A DNA stretch of 63,683 nucleotides. Origin: a virus. The stretch's first letter is position 1, and every line of letters begins with the position of its first letter. The notes beneath the pieces were generated by a model, which saw only the letters and a list, made by a program, of their open reading frames with translations, did no database searches and had not been told where the DNA came from. The stretch covers positions 1-63,683 of the IMG/VR virus record IMGVR_UViG_3300010361_000005; one strand, given 5' to 3'. Of this stretch, positions 46,102 to 54,168 are shown piece after piece. Both the position numbers and the translations under genes were made by a program.

Positions 46102-47181
46102 TCACCTACCCTCGTACACTTCGTGCTCGCTGTACGGGTCCCACTGCTTCGTTGTCTGCTCGAGAAATGCCAAGTAGTCGTTGCCGGTCTCGTGCAGCTC
46201 ACAGGCGTCGCGCATCGGGCACATCGGGCAGGTGAACATGCCCGGATTCTTCGTGAGCGGCAGCTGGCCGCGTCTGAATAGCTCAATGCGAGCGTAATCG
46301 ACCTGTGCGCGGTACTTGACCTCCTCGCGGTCGTGCTCATCCCGGAAGATCGGCATCCGCTTGAAGTACGGTGACGGCTGTTTCTTGCTGACCGTGCCAT
46401 CCTGGTTGAGATACATGCGCTTGCCGTCAATCAGCTTACTCGCTCGTTCATCAGGCATAGCCTTGCGCATGATGTTGTACATCATCCCGGCGAGCCGCTG
46501 TTTAGGGCCAAGGATCTTCTTCTCGCGCAAGAAGTCCACGCCATAGGACCAGTACGCTCCTGCCTGGTCATCCAGTACCAGATGGCTCCAGTTCTTGTCG
46601 CCGATGCCACCCGTAGTCTTGTGATCCGGGATCCAGATCTTCTTGTCGCGTCTGTCGCGCCAGAGACCATCAACGACGCCGGTGTAGTAGAACCATGGCT
46701 CTACCTTGCTATGCGGCCATTCAGCTTTCCGTACCTCATGCGTAACGAGTACGCGGAAAGGCATCTCGGTGGCGAGCACTTCCCAGCGGTCATCGTTGCC
46801 GTACTCGTCCACATAGTTGTTCATCATCGCGATGCCTAGCTCGTGGGCATTCTCCCAACGCTCGTCGTCACCCTCACCGACGCGCATGCCAAAGATCTCC
46901 TGGTTCTCCTTCATGTCGTCTTCGTAGGCTGCCTCAAACGCAACAGCGGGATGGGTGCCCCGCTTCACGCCGGGCACGTACCACGCAGCGAGTGCGCGGT
47001 GTACGAGGCTGCCGAAGCGCAGGGCAGGCGCATCAGTATGCGGCTTGAGCCGATCGTTGTACGTCCGGTCCCACAGCCACTCACACTTCTTCAGTGTGGT
47101 GCGCTCGCTGGTTCGCAACATAGGCAAACCGCGTCCGTTTGCTGCCCCACGCTTACCCGTCATGCTTGAACCCTCCACCAC
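46102..47181 (-). CDS. Cas4/RecB-family PD-(D/E)XK exonuclease with Fe-S cysteine cluster
   Basis: VVDGLW...IWIPDHKT nuclease motif; N-terminal KKCEW plus C-terminal CPMCPMRDAC (C-x2-C-x5-C). Confidence 0.7.
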   Translation of the reverse strand: MVEGSSMTGKRGAANGRGLPMLRTSERTTLKKCEWLWDRTYNDRLKPHTDAPALRFGSLVHRALAAWYVPGVKRGTHPAVAFEAAYEDDMKENQEIFGMRVGEGDDERWENAHELGIAMMNNYVDEYGNDDRWEVLATEMPFRVLVTHEVRKAEWPHSKVEPWFYYTGVVDGLWRDRRDKKIWIPDHKTTGGIGDKNWSHLVLDDQAGAYWSYGVDFLREKKILGPKQRLAGMMYNIMRKAMPDERASKLIDGKRMYLNQDGTVSKKQPSPYFKRMPIFRDEHDREEVKYRAQVDYARIELFRRGQLPLTKNPGMFTCPMCPMRDACELHETGNDYLAFLEQTTKQWDPYSEHEVYEGR

Positions 47182-47345
47182 TTGTAGGTACTAGACCGCC
47201 GGGGAACTGCCCCCGAACCGGGAACCCTACCGTACCCCAATCCCCGGCGCTAGTCTAAAAAGTCCGCTATTTACGGACGAATACTGCGACACCTATTCCT
47301 GTCGCAAATATCCTTCAAGTTATTCACAAGTGCCACAAGCCTCTC

Positions 47346-47361
47346 GCGCGAGCGCTCGCGC
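47346..47361. promoter_or_regulatory. 16-bp perfect palindrome GCGCGAGCGCTCGCGC
   Basis: Read directly; in the inter-operon region. Confidence 0.5.
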
Positions 47362-47400
47362 TCGGGCCGCCAGTTGCCCTAGTCACCTTTCCTCACGATC

Positions 47401-47414
47401 GCGCGTACACGCGC
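47401..47414. promoter_or_regulatory. GCGCGTACACGCGC box (exact)
   Basis: Exact 14-mer shared with 59777 and 59828. Confidence 0.6.
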
Positions 47415-47424
47415 TCGCGCGCTG

Positions 47425-47454
47425 AAGATCTTAGAGACTAAGAACTAAGATCTT
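47425..47454. promoter_or_regulatory. inverted repeat AAGATCTTAG-N10-CTAAGATCTT
   Basis: 10-bp perfect arms; overlaps a TTGACA hexamer at 47453-47458. Confidence 0.5.
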
Positions 47455-47482
47455 GACACAGTTTGTTCGCTCGCGCGGTCGA

Positions 47483-47496
47483 GCGCTTACACGCGC
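47483..47496. promoter_or_regulatory. GCGCTTACACGCGC box (13/14)
   Basis: One mismatch to the 14-mer. Confidence 0.45.
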
Positions 47497-47572
47497 GATC
47501 GAGTCCTACGCGCGAGAGCGATCCTGCCTCGCGAGCGCGAGCAAAGGAAAAGCCCTGGTTCCAAGCGATTCT

Positions 47573-47606
47573 GGATTTGTGGCTATCTTTGGATTTCCTT
47601 GGATTT
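47573..47606. repeat. three GGATTT (= AAATCC) repeats at 47573, 47591 and 47601
   Basis: Read directly in an AT-rich stretch. Confidence 0.5.
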
Positions 47607-47664
47607 ATTTGCGATTATGCTTATCCGTCGTTCTCTCAGAGACGATAGTCTCAAATCGAGCCAC

Positions 47665-47703
47665 AAAAAAAAACGGCTCCCAGCACTACCCATGCTGGGA
47701 GCC
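47665..47703 (-). terminator. rho-independent terminator of the early leftward operon
   Basis: 11-bp perfect stem GGCTCCCAGCA/TGCTGGGAGCC with a 7-nt loop, followed on the minus strand by nine T. Confidence 0.85.
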
Positions 47704-47949
47704 GTATTCGTCGAGGATTCTTTGATCGAAGCTGAACCAGTCGTCTTCAGCTGGCTTTGGCTCCGATTGAATCCTCGGTTTTCGTGCCGTCTTCGGTCGT
47801 GCAGGACGCTTTGGTGGCTCTTCCGGGACGATTTTCTCGTCTGGATGCGCCTTGAAAAGCGTCTTCACGACGTTGAGACACGGAATCAGGAAGATAATCA
47901 CGAGTGGAAAATACACGGCCTCTTCAAGACCGTGCATGACCGTGTTCAC
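47686..47949 (-). CDS. membrane protein with Pro/Lys-rich tail (87 aa)
   Basis: ATGA overlap; TM segment AVYFPLVIIFLIPCLNVV. Confidence 0.5.
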   Translation of the reverse strand: MNTVMHGLEEAVYFPLVIIFLIPCLNVVKTLFKAHPDEKIVPEEPPKRPARPKTARKPRIQSEPKPAEDDWFSFDQRILDEYGSQHG

Positions 47950-48182
47950 GCGACCTGAATCGGGTGGTAGTTGCTCTTGATGTGCCGGTTGAAGTACCGA
48001 CCAACGCTCTTGGCACGCGAGCAGGCGACCACTCGCTGACGGGGCACACCCTCGTACATATAGATGCGCCCATCGTTGAACTCAACGTACATGTGTCCGC
48101 GATGGTCCCAACCCACAGCCGTCACGTTGGACGACTGTGGAGTCTGGCGCCAGCGAACCTTGATGGCAGGAATGGTAGTCAT
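47946..48182 (-). CDS. KTSC-domain protein (78 aa)
   Basis: VTAVGWDHRGHMYVEFNDGRIYMYEGVP...SVGRYFNRHIKSNY fits the KTSC domain pattern. Confidence 0.6.
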   Translation of the reverse strand: MTTIPAIKVRWRQTPQSSNVTAVGWDHRGHMYVEFNDGRIYMYEGVPRQRVVACSRAKSVGRYFNRHIKSNYHPIQVA

Positions 48183-48206
48183 TGTGCTCCCTTCTCTGGT
48201 ACGGTC

Positions 48207-48719
48207 CTATTTCTCGTGCTGTTCCGCGTAAATGCGGCGAAATGCGTCTACGTCCGCCCAGGCAGCCTCGTCGTCGTAGTCGTCGGCGAGGGTGTCAATG
48301 GCGTTGAGGAACGCTTCATACCGCTCATTCCGCTTGCCGTCGTAGCCGTACCGACGATATTCAGGATTGAGCATGTTGGCTTCGGATGCCTGATGGTTCA
48401 GGGCATCCCTGTCTGACTCCTTGACCTTCGCGATCATGTCCCACAGCACTACACCGGGCACCTGACTGGCGCGACGGTAGGTGTTTGAAGCGTTCTCCGC
48501 GAGGGCAAGTTCCCACCCCGAGTACGACTTCTCTATGTACAGGTGCTCACCCATGGCCTCCGGCTCGTAGAGCAGGAAGTAACGGTCGACCTGTGTCGCG
48601 AGGTCGCTGCGGTCCCCGAGCCAAAGCTCAAGGACCACAGCCTCGTAAGTGGTGTCAGGCATCAATGTCCGGGAGATCTCCAGGACGCTGATGTTCTCCT
48701 TCTTGCCGAGAATAGTCAT
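48207..48719 (-). CDS. hypothetical protein (170 aa)
   Basis: ATGA overlap with the SNF2 stop. Confidence 0.55.
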   Translation of the reverse strand: MTILGKKENISVLEISRTLMPDTTYEAVVLELWLGDRSDLATQVDRYFLLYEPEAMGEHLYIEKSYSGWELALAENASNTYRRASQVPGVVLWDMIAKVKESDRDALNHQASEANMLNPEYRRYGYDGKRNERYEAFLNAIDTLADDYDDEAAWADVDAFRRIYAEQHEK

Positions 48720-50695
48720 GACTTACCGTTCTTCTGGCTCTCGACGATCGTGGCCCTGAAGCCTTGCCGTCGGAGATCCAGGATATCACGGTTGATCTTG
48801 CCCTTCTCGATGTTCGCCTCAGCGATCTGTTGCTCGATCGTGTTTCTGGAGCGGTAGACATACACGCCGATCTGGTGCATACGGCTGGTGTTGACTGCCC
48901 GGTCGGCCAGCTGTTCTTGGTCGTCCGGCACCCATGTCTCGTCAAGAATGTGAACATTCTCGACCAGGTCCAGGGTGATTGCCACACCGCCGGCAGTCGT
49001 CGTCATCACGATGACGCGAGGATCGTCAGGTAGACGCTTCCCGTCTTCACGGAAGAGCATCTGATTCACCGTACGATCTTCGTCCTTGGTGTCACCGGTG
49101 ATCTTGACTGCCTTGATACCGTTCGCGTTCAGATAGGCGTGGACCATGTCGGCCACTTCCTTGAACTGCGAGGCGACGATGGCGAGCGATTCACCCTCAG
49201 CCTCGTCACCAGCCGAGTTCTTGCCCACGATACCCTGCTCAGCCAGACGCTCTACGAGCGCCTCCAGCTTACCAGAGTCCGTGCTCGGGATGAGATGCTG
49301 AATAGTGCGCTTGCCGCTACCCAGGCAGCGAGGACAGGTGTAGCTGACGGTCGAACCAGTGTTCGCGCCAGCCTCGTTCTCGATCTTACCTGAGCCACCA
49401 CATGTACCGCAGTTGACTTCCTTGTTCACCATCTCGGCGCAGTATGCGTCAGCGAACACCTTGAGCCGAGCGTACTCGGCTAGGATGCCGATGGCGTTGA
49501 GCTGCAGTTCTTCGATGGTCGTCTCTGCTCGCGCAGCGAACTCCCGATACTGCTTCTCTTGCTTGGGAGTCATGTCACACCACACGTCGATCCACTGCGC
49601 TGGCGGCAGCTGAGGCAGAACCTCAGACCGCAGCCTGCGGACCACGTATGGCGCCATAGCACGGTAGAACTCATCTTCGCGACCACGCTGGATCCCGCCG
49701 ATGTCGCTACCGTAGCCATTATTGTTGACCTGCAACCACGTCTTAGCCCATTGCCATTTTGACGTGTACTGCCTGGGGTAGATGAAGTGAAGAGCGCCCC
49801 ACAGCTTGATGGGCTTACCACCCATCGGCGTGCCGGACAGCGCGTAGCGTCGCTGTGCGTTGATCTCTTTCACAGCGAGCGCGAACTTGCTGTTGCTCTT
49901 CGGATCCTTCTTCCCGGAGGCACGCGGCAGACCGCTCTTGTGGAACTCGTCGATGGTGAAAGACGCCCAACCCTCAGGAAACTCCTTCGGGTCCATGAAC
50001 GGCTCCGCACCGTCGCGAACGGTCTGATACGTGCAGACAAACCAGACGGGCCACTCTTCATCGATGCACTTCCAGAACTCTTCGATGGCGTTGGCCCTGG
50101 TCTGCTGCGACATCTCGCCGGAGTACGTGATGACCTCGTGCGGCTTTGGAAGCTTCGCTGTCCAACGCTCCACTTCGAAACGCCACACTGTATTCAGGCT
50201 CGTCTTCGGAGCGCATACAAGATGCGGTCCATCGCCGAGGCCTGCCTCAAACACGGCAGCGATCGTCTCCGGAGTCTTCCCCAGCCGTTGCTGGTTCAGG
50301 TTCAGAGCCGACGTTGCCGCGAGGAACTGTGTGTCCGCACGCTGGTAGCCACGTAGCCACTCAGCGAGATCCGGCATGGTTTGTGCGATCTGCAGCTTGT
50401 CCGCCGGTAGATCATCCACCGTGGCCAGGTCGTTGAGCATACGCTCCCTGTCGATCGCCTCCTTGCCCCACTGCTTGAATGCCCTGCCGAGAACGAGGCT
50501 TGGCCCCATCCACTTGTTGAGCATTCGCGCAGACTCGAGTGTCAACGGAACGGTCCACATGGGACCGCCCTCGTTCGCGGGAACAAATCGAGCTCCCGGC
50601 ACTTCCCTGATGCATGTTACGAGATCAGGGTCATACCGGAATGAGATCTCGATCCTGTCACCTGCGGCACTCATTTCCGCAAATGCCTTATTCAT
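48716..50695 (-). CDS. SNF2-family helicase with zinc-ribbon insertion
   Basis: Motif I QQRLGKT, motif II TIDEFHKSG; insertion CGTCGGSGK...CPRCLGSGK; helicase C-terminal lobe. Confidence 0.8.
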   Translation of the reverse strand: MNKAFAEMSAAGDRIEISFRYDPDLVTCIREVPGARFVPANEGGPMWTVPLTLESARMLNKWMGPSLVLGRAFKQWGKEAIDRERMLNDLATVDDLPADKLQIAQTMPDLAEWLRGYQRADTQFLAATSALNLNQQRLGKTPETIAAVFEAGLGDGPHLVCAPKTSLNTVWRFEVERWTAKLPKPHEVITYSGEMSQQTRANAIEEFWKCIDEEWPVWFVCTYQTVRDGAEPFMDPKEFPEGWASFTIDEFHKSGLPRASGKKDPKSNSKFALAVKEINAQRRYALSGTPMGGKPIKLWGALHFIYPRQYTSKWQWAKTWLQVNNNGYGSDIGGIQRGREDEFYRAMAPYVVRRLRSEVLPQLPPAQWIDVWCDMTPKQEKQYREFAARAETTIEELQLNAIGILAEYARLKVFADAYCAEMVNKEVNCGTCGGSGKIENEAGANTGSTVSYTCPRCLGSGKRTIQHLIPSTDSGKLEALVERLAEQGIVGKNSAGDEAEGESLAIVASQFKEVADMVHAYLNANGIKAVKITGDTKDEDRTVNQMLFREDGKRLPDDPRVIVMTTTAGGVAITLDLVENVHILDETWVPDDQEQLADRAVNTSRMHQIGVYVYRSRNTIEQQIAEANIEKGKINRDILDLRRQGFRATIVESQKNGKS

Positions 50696-50732
50696 GGTAC
50701 TCCTTGTATTCTGGTAGTGTCTGAACCGGGTG

Positions 50733-50738
50733 ATTATA
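50733..50738 (-). promoter_or_regulatory. candidate -10 hexamer TATAAT upstream of the SNF2 gene
   Basis: Minus strand GGGTATAATCACCCGGTTCAGACACTACC, 38 nt before the ATG. Confidence 0.4.
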
Positions 50739-50740
50739 CC

Positions 50741-50995
50741 CTACGCACGAGACTTCCGCTTGCCACTTGGCATGCGTCCGGCTCGGAAACAATAGGGACA
50801 GCTTCGCCCGGTTATGGTCGTACCTCGACGTACCAGAGCACGAGTCCAATGACTTTTGCGTACTAGGAAGACCCCAGCACAGTCATCGCGCCCACACTCC
50901 ACGATCAGCCAGCCAGGGTAATCCTCGCTGGGCTTCACCTTGAAGGGTGGAAGCTTACTGACAAACTGCTCTGGATCTTCTAGTCTTCTTGCCAT
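50741..50995 (-). CDS. zinc-ribbon-like protein (84 aa)
   Basis: ATG after GGGAAGGGAGG; ECGRDDC...CPYC. Confidence 0.5.
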   Translation of the reverse strand: MARRLEDPEQFVSKLPPFKVKPSEDYPGWLIVECGRDDCAGVFLVRKSHWTRALVRRGTTITGRSCPYCFRAGRMPSGKRKSRA

Positions 50996-51063
50996 GCTAC
51001 CTCCCTTCCCATTGGGGTGCCGAGTGGCACCGGCCGACGCTCTCCCCAGAGCGCCAGCCGCTA
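50996..51063 (-). promoter_or_regulatory. early intergenic module M1
   Basis: Minus strand: TAG-TAGCGGCTG-[GCGCTCT GGGG AGAGCGTC]-GGCCGGTGCC ACTC GGCACC-CCAATGGGAAGGGAGG-ATG. Confidence 0.6.
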
Positions 51064-51330
51064 CTACTCGTGCAGTTTCATCTCCTTGCGGTGCATCTGA
51101 ATAGCGGTCCGCACGATGAGAATCCACTTCAGAGTGTTGCTGTCATCTTCGTCGTCAGCCGAAGACGTGATGACGTCATTCATGACTCGCCGGGCAGCGA
51201 GGATCTCCATGCGTTCATCAGACCGCGAGGCGATCCCCATTATGCCCAGAACGGCGAGCCAGAACATACCCAACACACCTACTACAGCGCATCCTATCCC
51301 CAGGATGAGCCAAGTATCGGGACTGAACAA
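51064..51330 (-). CDS. membrane protein (88 aa)
   Basis: TM WLILGIGCAVVGVLGMFWLAVLGIMGI; canonical AACCAGGGAGG leader. Confidence 0.55.
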   Translation of the reverse strand: MFSPDTWLILGIGCAVVGVLGMFWLAVLGIMGIASRSDERMEILAARRVMNDVITSSADDEDDSNTLKWILIVRTAIQMHRKEMKLHE

Positions 51331-51411
51331 CTATCCTCCCTGGTTTGTAGGTGTCGTACAGAGTGCCCTAAGCACTCTGGCCATGCCCGCTTCCGGGCAC
51401 AGCCACAGCGC
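51331..51411 (-). promoter_or_regulatory. early intergenic module M2
   Basis: Minus: GTGGCTG-[TGCCCG GAAG CGGGCA]-TGGC-[CAGAGTGC TTAGG GCACTCTG]-TACGACACCTACAAACCAGGGAGG. Confidence 0.6.
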
Positions 51412-51747
51412 TCACGAAGTTCTCCGGCGTCGTGGGTCACGGAGCCGAATGCTGCCAACAGACAGAGTCCTCATTCCACCAGGATCCGTGTAGAGTTGCA
51501 CCAGATGCTTCTCACGGTGCTTCTTCTTGTCGGCTGGTAGGAACTGTCGGAAAGACATCACGCGAACATCATAGATGTGAGCTGGCAATGTGTATTCGAT
51601 CTCACGGCCATCATCTTTGCCTTTTCGCGTGGTCTCCTGAACTTCGACCCATATCCGGCTTCCCACCAGCAGACGCTCAAGCGGCGTCGTATCTGGTGGG
51701 TCGCCGGATGCGAGGACTTCCTCGACCGCCTGCCTTACTTGGGGTTT
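51412..51747 (-). CDS. start-less coding segment in the -1 frame relative to 51735..52250 (possible frameshift extension, 108 aa)
   Basis: Protein-like sequence (…IWVEVQETTRKGKDDGREIEYTLPAHIYDVRVMSFRQF…) with no start codon or SD at its 5' end; first codon after the upstream stop is GTA. Confidence 0.4.
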   Translation of the reverse strand, partial: KPQVRQAVEEVLASGDPPDTTPLERLLVGSRIWVEVQETTRKGKDDGREIEYTLPAHIYDVRVMSFRQFLPADKKKHREKHLVQLYTDPGGMRTLSVGSIRLRDPRRRRTS

Positions 51748-52250
51748 GCGCCTGCGCGCGTGCCCCTGCGTCCGGCAGGACGCCCACCGCGCTTGGTGGG
51801 CTCGGTCTTGGCGGCACCACGCCGCCCGGACGTGCCGCTCGGCTGCGCCTTGGCAGCCGCGCCGCGCCGACCGGAGCCACCCGTCTTCTTGACCGTGGTG
51901 ACACCGTCGAACTGCCGACCGCGAGCGGTCAGGTTGCTCGGGGCAGAACCGTGACCGGCCTGCTCGTAGAGCGCCTTGGCCTGACCGACGCTGACGCCAG
52001 CGTAGACGGCGATGCGGGGCCAGCGGAAGTTGCCGCTGCTGGCCGCCTTGTAGATCGCTGCCGGCGTGGCCGCGATCTTCAGGCTGGGATCTGCGGTGAG
52101 CTCGGCCTGCCACATTGCGCGGCCGATCATGCTCATCTCGATCCCAGTCTGCTCGGAGTACCACCGCTCGGACTCCCCACCGTTCTTCTTGATGAGGGCG
52201 ACGAGCTTGTTGAACTGTGCGGTAGGCACAGCCCTTGCTTCCCTTGCCAT
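51735..52250 (-). CDS. DNA-binding-like protein with RGG/AT-hook-like basic tail (171 aa)
   Basis: Globular N-terminal half; tail GGSGRRGAAAKAQPSGTSGRRGAAKTEPTKRGGRPAGRRG. Confidence 0.55.
   Translation of the reverse strand: MAREARAVPTAQFNKLVALIKKNGGESERWYSEQTGIEMSMIGRAMWQAELTADPSLKIAATPAAIYKAASSGNFRWPRIAVYAGVSVGQAKALYEQAGHGSAPSNLTARGRQFDGVTTVKKTGGSGRRGAAAKAQPSGTSGRRGAAKTEPTKRGGRPAGRRGTRAGANPK
51741..51747 (-). promoter_or_regulatory. candidate -1 slippery heptamer A_AAC_CCC
   Basis: X_XXY_YYZ pattern in the zero frame, 3 nt before the TAA stop of the 171-aa gene. Confidence 0.35.
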
Positions 52251-52428
52251 TACTGCTCCCTTCGGTAGTGTCTACTCGGTGAATCAGGAAAGAAAATCAT
52301 ACCTGAACCTAGCCAGAAAAGCTAGTCCTTGGAGCAACTTATTCAGCGGCTCCTAAGTGCGCTCTATGGGCCCAGGGAGGACCACCCAGAGCGCACTTAG
52401 CAGCCGCCGTGGCTGCTATCGTGCTGTA
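52251..52428 (-). promoter_or_regulatory. long intergenic region with 13-bp stem hairpin (52353-52400), TATGAT -10 candidate and GACACTACC leader
   Basis: Minus: GGCGGCTG-[CTAAGTGCGCTCT...AGAGCGCACTTAG]-GAGCCGCTG ... GGTATGATT ... GTAGACACTACCGAAGGGAGCAGTA-ATG. Confidence 0.5.
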
Positions 52429-53139
52429 CTACTCGTCGTCGATCTCCTCGTCCGGGTCTTCGCCACGAGCGATGATCTCTGCCCGCTTGGCTTTGACCTC
52501 GGACTTCCATTCTGACTCGCCGAACATGCGGCCTCCGCAGACCGGTCCGATGCCGAGTTCACGGCTGATGCGGTTGGTGAGGCGATAGCCACAGTTGGAG
52601 CAGTGGCGGATCTCCATACCGAATCGAATCGCGCACTCGCGGATGCCCTCTTTGAGGATCATCTTCGCGATCTTGTTCTGCACGTCAGGCGGCAGCTTGC
52701 CTTGGCTGGGTCCGAACATGACGTACAGACGCTTGGCCTGCTTGTCACGCGATTCCCAGCATTGGTAGAACCGAAGCTCGTTGTCTTCGAGTTCCGTGCC
52801 GGCTTTCGGCAGTGCGTATCGACCAGGCGGCAATCCGGAGAGAGCCGTGCTCGTCTCGACACCTTCGCTGACGATGGTCTCGCGAGGCTTGCGAGGAAGC
52901 GGGATCAGAAGATCCAGAATCCTCCTAGCCTTTTCGAAGCTGAGCCGTGTCGTCTCCTCGACCCAGAACTCCTCGGGCTGCTCAAGAGCGTCCCGCTGTT
53001 CCTGGGTGAATGACGTCAGGTCCTGCTTCTGAATGAGGTCTCGGATGTAGTCCAGCTGTTTCTGACTTGCGACACGCTCACCACGTTCGGTTTGCCTGTC
53101 GCGAGCCCAGTCTGGTACCGAGTCTCGTTGTACGGTCAT
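52429..53139 (-). CDS. hypothetical protein with C-terminal DUF6011-like zinc motif (236 aa)
   Basis: CSNCGYRLTNRISRELGIGPVCGG. Confidence 0.55.
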   Translation of the reverse strand: MTVQRDSVPDWARDRQTERGERVASQKQLDYIRDLIQKQDLTSFTQEQRDALEQPEEFWVEETTRLSFEKARRILDLLIPLPRKPRETIVSEGVETSTALSGLPPGRYALPKAGTELEDNELRFYQCWESRDKQAKRLYVMFGPSQGKLPPDVQNKIAKMILKEGIRECAIRFGMEIRHCSNCGYRLTNRISRELGIGPVCGGRMFGESEWKSEVKAKRAEIIARGEDPDEEIDDE

Positions 53140-53219
53140 AAGACCTCCCTGGTTACTTACCGGATGGAGTTTACCTGAAACTCCGGGTCGGCGCTACTCT
53201 CGTAGCACCACCCGCAGGC
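53140..53219 (-). promoter_or_regulatory. early intergenic module M3
   Basis: Minus: TGA-GCCTGCGGG-[GTGCTAC GAGA GTAGCGC]-CGACCC-[GGAGTTT CAGGT AAACTCC]-..GTAACCAGGGAGG. Confidence 0.6.
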
Positions 53220-53432
53220 TCAGGCAGCGATGATGTCCTTGATGTCATCAAGGAGACCACCGTAGATGTCCTGCATGTGCTTGTGGTACTCCATCGCACG
53301 TGATGCGTTCTCGCGCTTCTGCTTAGACGGATGCGTGAGCTCGCGCTGTGCCAGGAGTTCCTTCTGACTATGCTTGTGGATCAGTTCTTCGACAGTGACG
53401 ACGATCGCGTCTAGCTTGTCCTTGTCACTCAC
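53220..53432 (-). CDS. hypothetical protein (70 aa)
   Basis: GTG start; 8-nt overlap with upstream gene. Confidence 0.5.
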   Translation of the reverse strand: MSDKDKLDAIVVTVEELIHKHSQKELLAQRELTHPSKQKRENASRAMEYHKHMQDIYGGLLDDIKDIIAA

Positions 53433-53676
53433 CGCGAAGCACTCCGGTGTCCTTCAGGTACTGCTCGAACTGAACGAGTACCGTGGCCTTGCGACCCTTG
53501 GGCTTGATGCCCGCCTTGCGCAAATATGCTTGCGCCTGTGCCATTGGCGGAACACGCCACCGCATGCCACTGCCGGCAGTCTTCACTTCCAGCTTCAGCT
53601 TGTTGTAGACCTGAAGCATGAAGAACGCCTGGATGGCCTCTGGCGTGTCGAGGATGATCATACCGTCCTTCGACAT
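53425..53676 (-). CDS. hypothetical protein (83 aa)
   Basis: 1-nt overlap (TGATG) with upstream gene. Confidence 0.5.
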   Translation of the reverse strand: MSKDGMIILDTPEAIQAFFMLQVYNKLKLEVKTAGSGMRWRVPPMAQAQAYLRKAGIKPKGRKATVLVQFEQYLKDTGVLRGE

Positions 53677-53867
53677 CAGACCACCTCAATGTTCGCGGCA
53701 CCATACTCACGGCACCGTTCGCAGTTGGGCAGATGACGTTTGCGGAAGTCTTCCCACCACTCTTCACCGATGTCAGCATATGCCCACATCGGATCTTCAG
53801 CTTGGGCTTGACTTGCCGCCGCCACATCCGGACATTCCGGATCTAGTGGGGCATGCCATCTTGGCAT
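53676..53867 (-). CDS. hypothetical Trp/acidic-rich protein (63 aa)
   Basis: ATG at 53867 sits 5 nt after the CCAGGGAGG leader. Confidence 0.5.
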   Translation of the reverse strand: MPRWHAPLDPECPDVAAASQAQAEDPMWAYADIGEEWWEDFRKRHLPNCERCREYGAANIEVV

Positions 53868-53937
53868 ACTTACCTCCCTGGTTCGGTACATCGGCTGACG
53901 TACCAGGAAGCCTAGCTGAGCTAGGCAACCTGCTGCG
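53868..53937 (-). promoter_or_regulatory. early intergenic module M4
   Basis: Minus: TGA-CGCAGCAGG-[GCCTAGC TCA GCTAGGC]-TTCCT-[GGTAC GTCAGCCGAT GTACC]-GAACCAGGGAGG. Confidence 0.6.
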
Positions 53938-54168
53938 TCACACCATCTCCGAGATCTTGACGCGGAGATACTTCGGCATGCTGCTGCTACTCTCTGAGCC
54001 GAACTTGAAGCGCATTACGATCTCACCACGAGTGAGATCCTGCACTTCAACGCTGATCCTGCCCTTGAACTGCGACTGCAGTTCGTGGACAAACTCCTCG
54101 TGGTGCGTGGTGAGAAGCTGACACAGCGCTGCTGCGACCAGATCCTTGCTTTGCGGGGCAGCCATCAC
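53938..54168 (-). CDS. hypothetical protein (76 aa)
   Basis: ATGA overlap. Confidence 0.5.
   Translation of the reverse strand: MMAAPQSKDLVAAALCQLLTTHHEEFVHELQSQFKGRISVEVQDLTRGEIVMRFKFGSESSSSMPKYLRVKISEMV

Noticed and set aside
47453-47458. Perfect TTGACA as the -35 of a plus-strand promoter
   Set aside because: No acceptable -10 lies 16-19 bp downstream, and no credible plus-strand gene follows. The ORFs at 47453-47725 and 47599-47958 look spurious and run antisense through the terminator and real minus-strand genes.
51739-52164. N-terminal 140 codons of the 250-aa ORF (51412-52164) overlapping the 171-aa gene
   Set aside because: The sequence is Arg-rich off-frame noise. Only the part downstream of 51738 looks protein-like, and it is treated as a possible frameshift extension instead.
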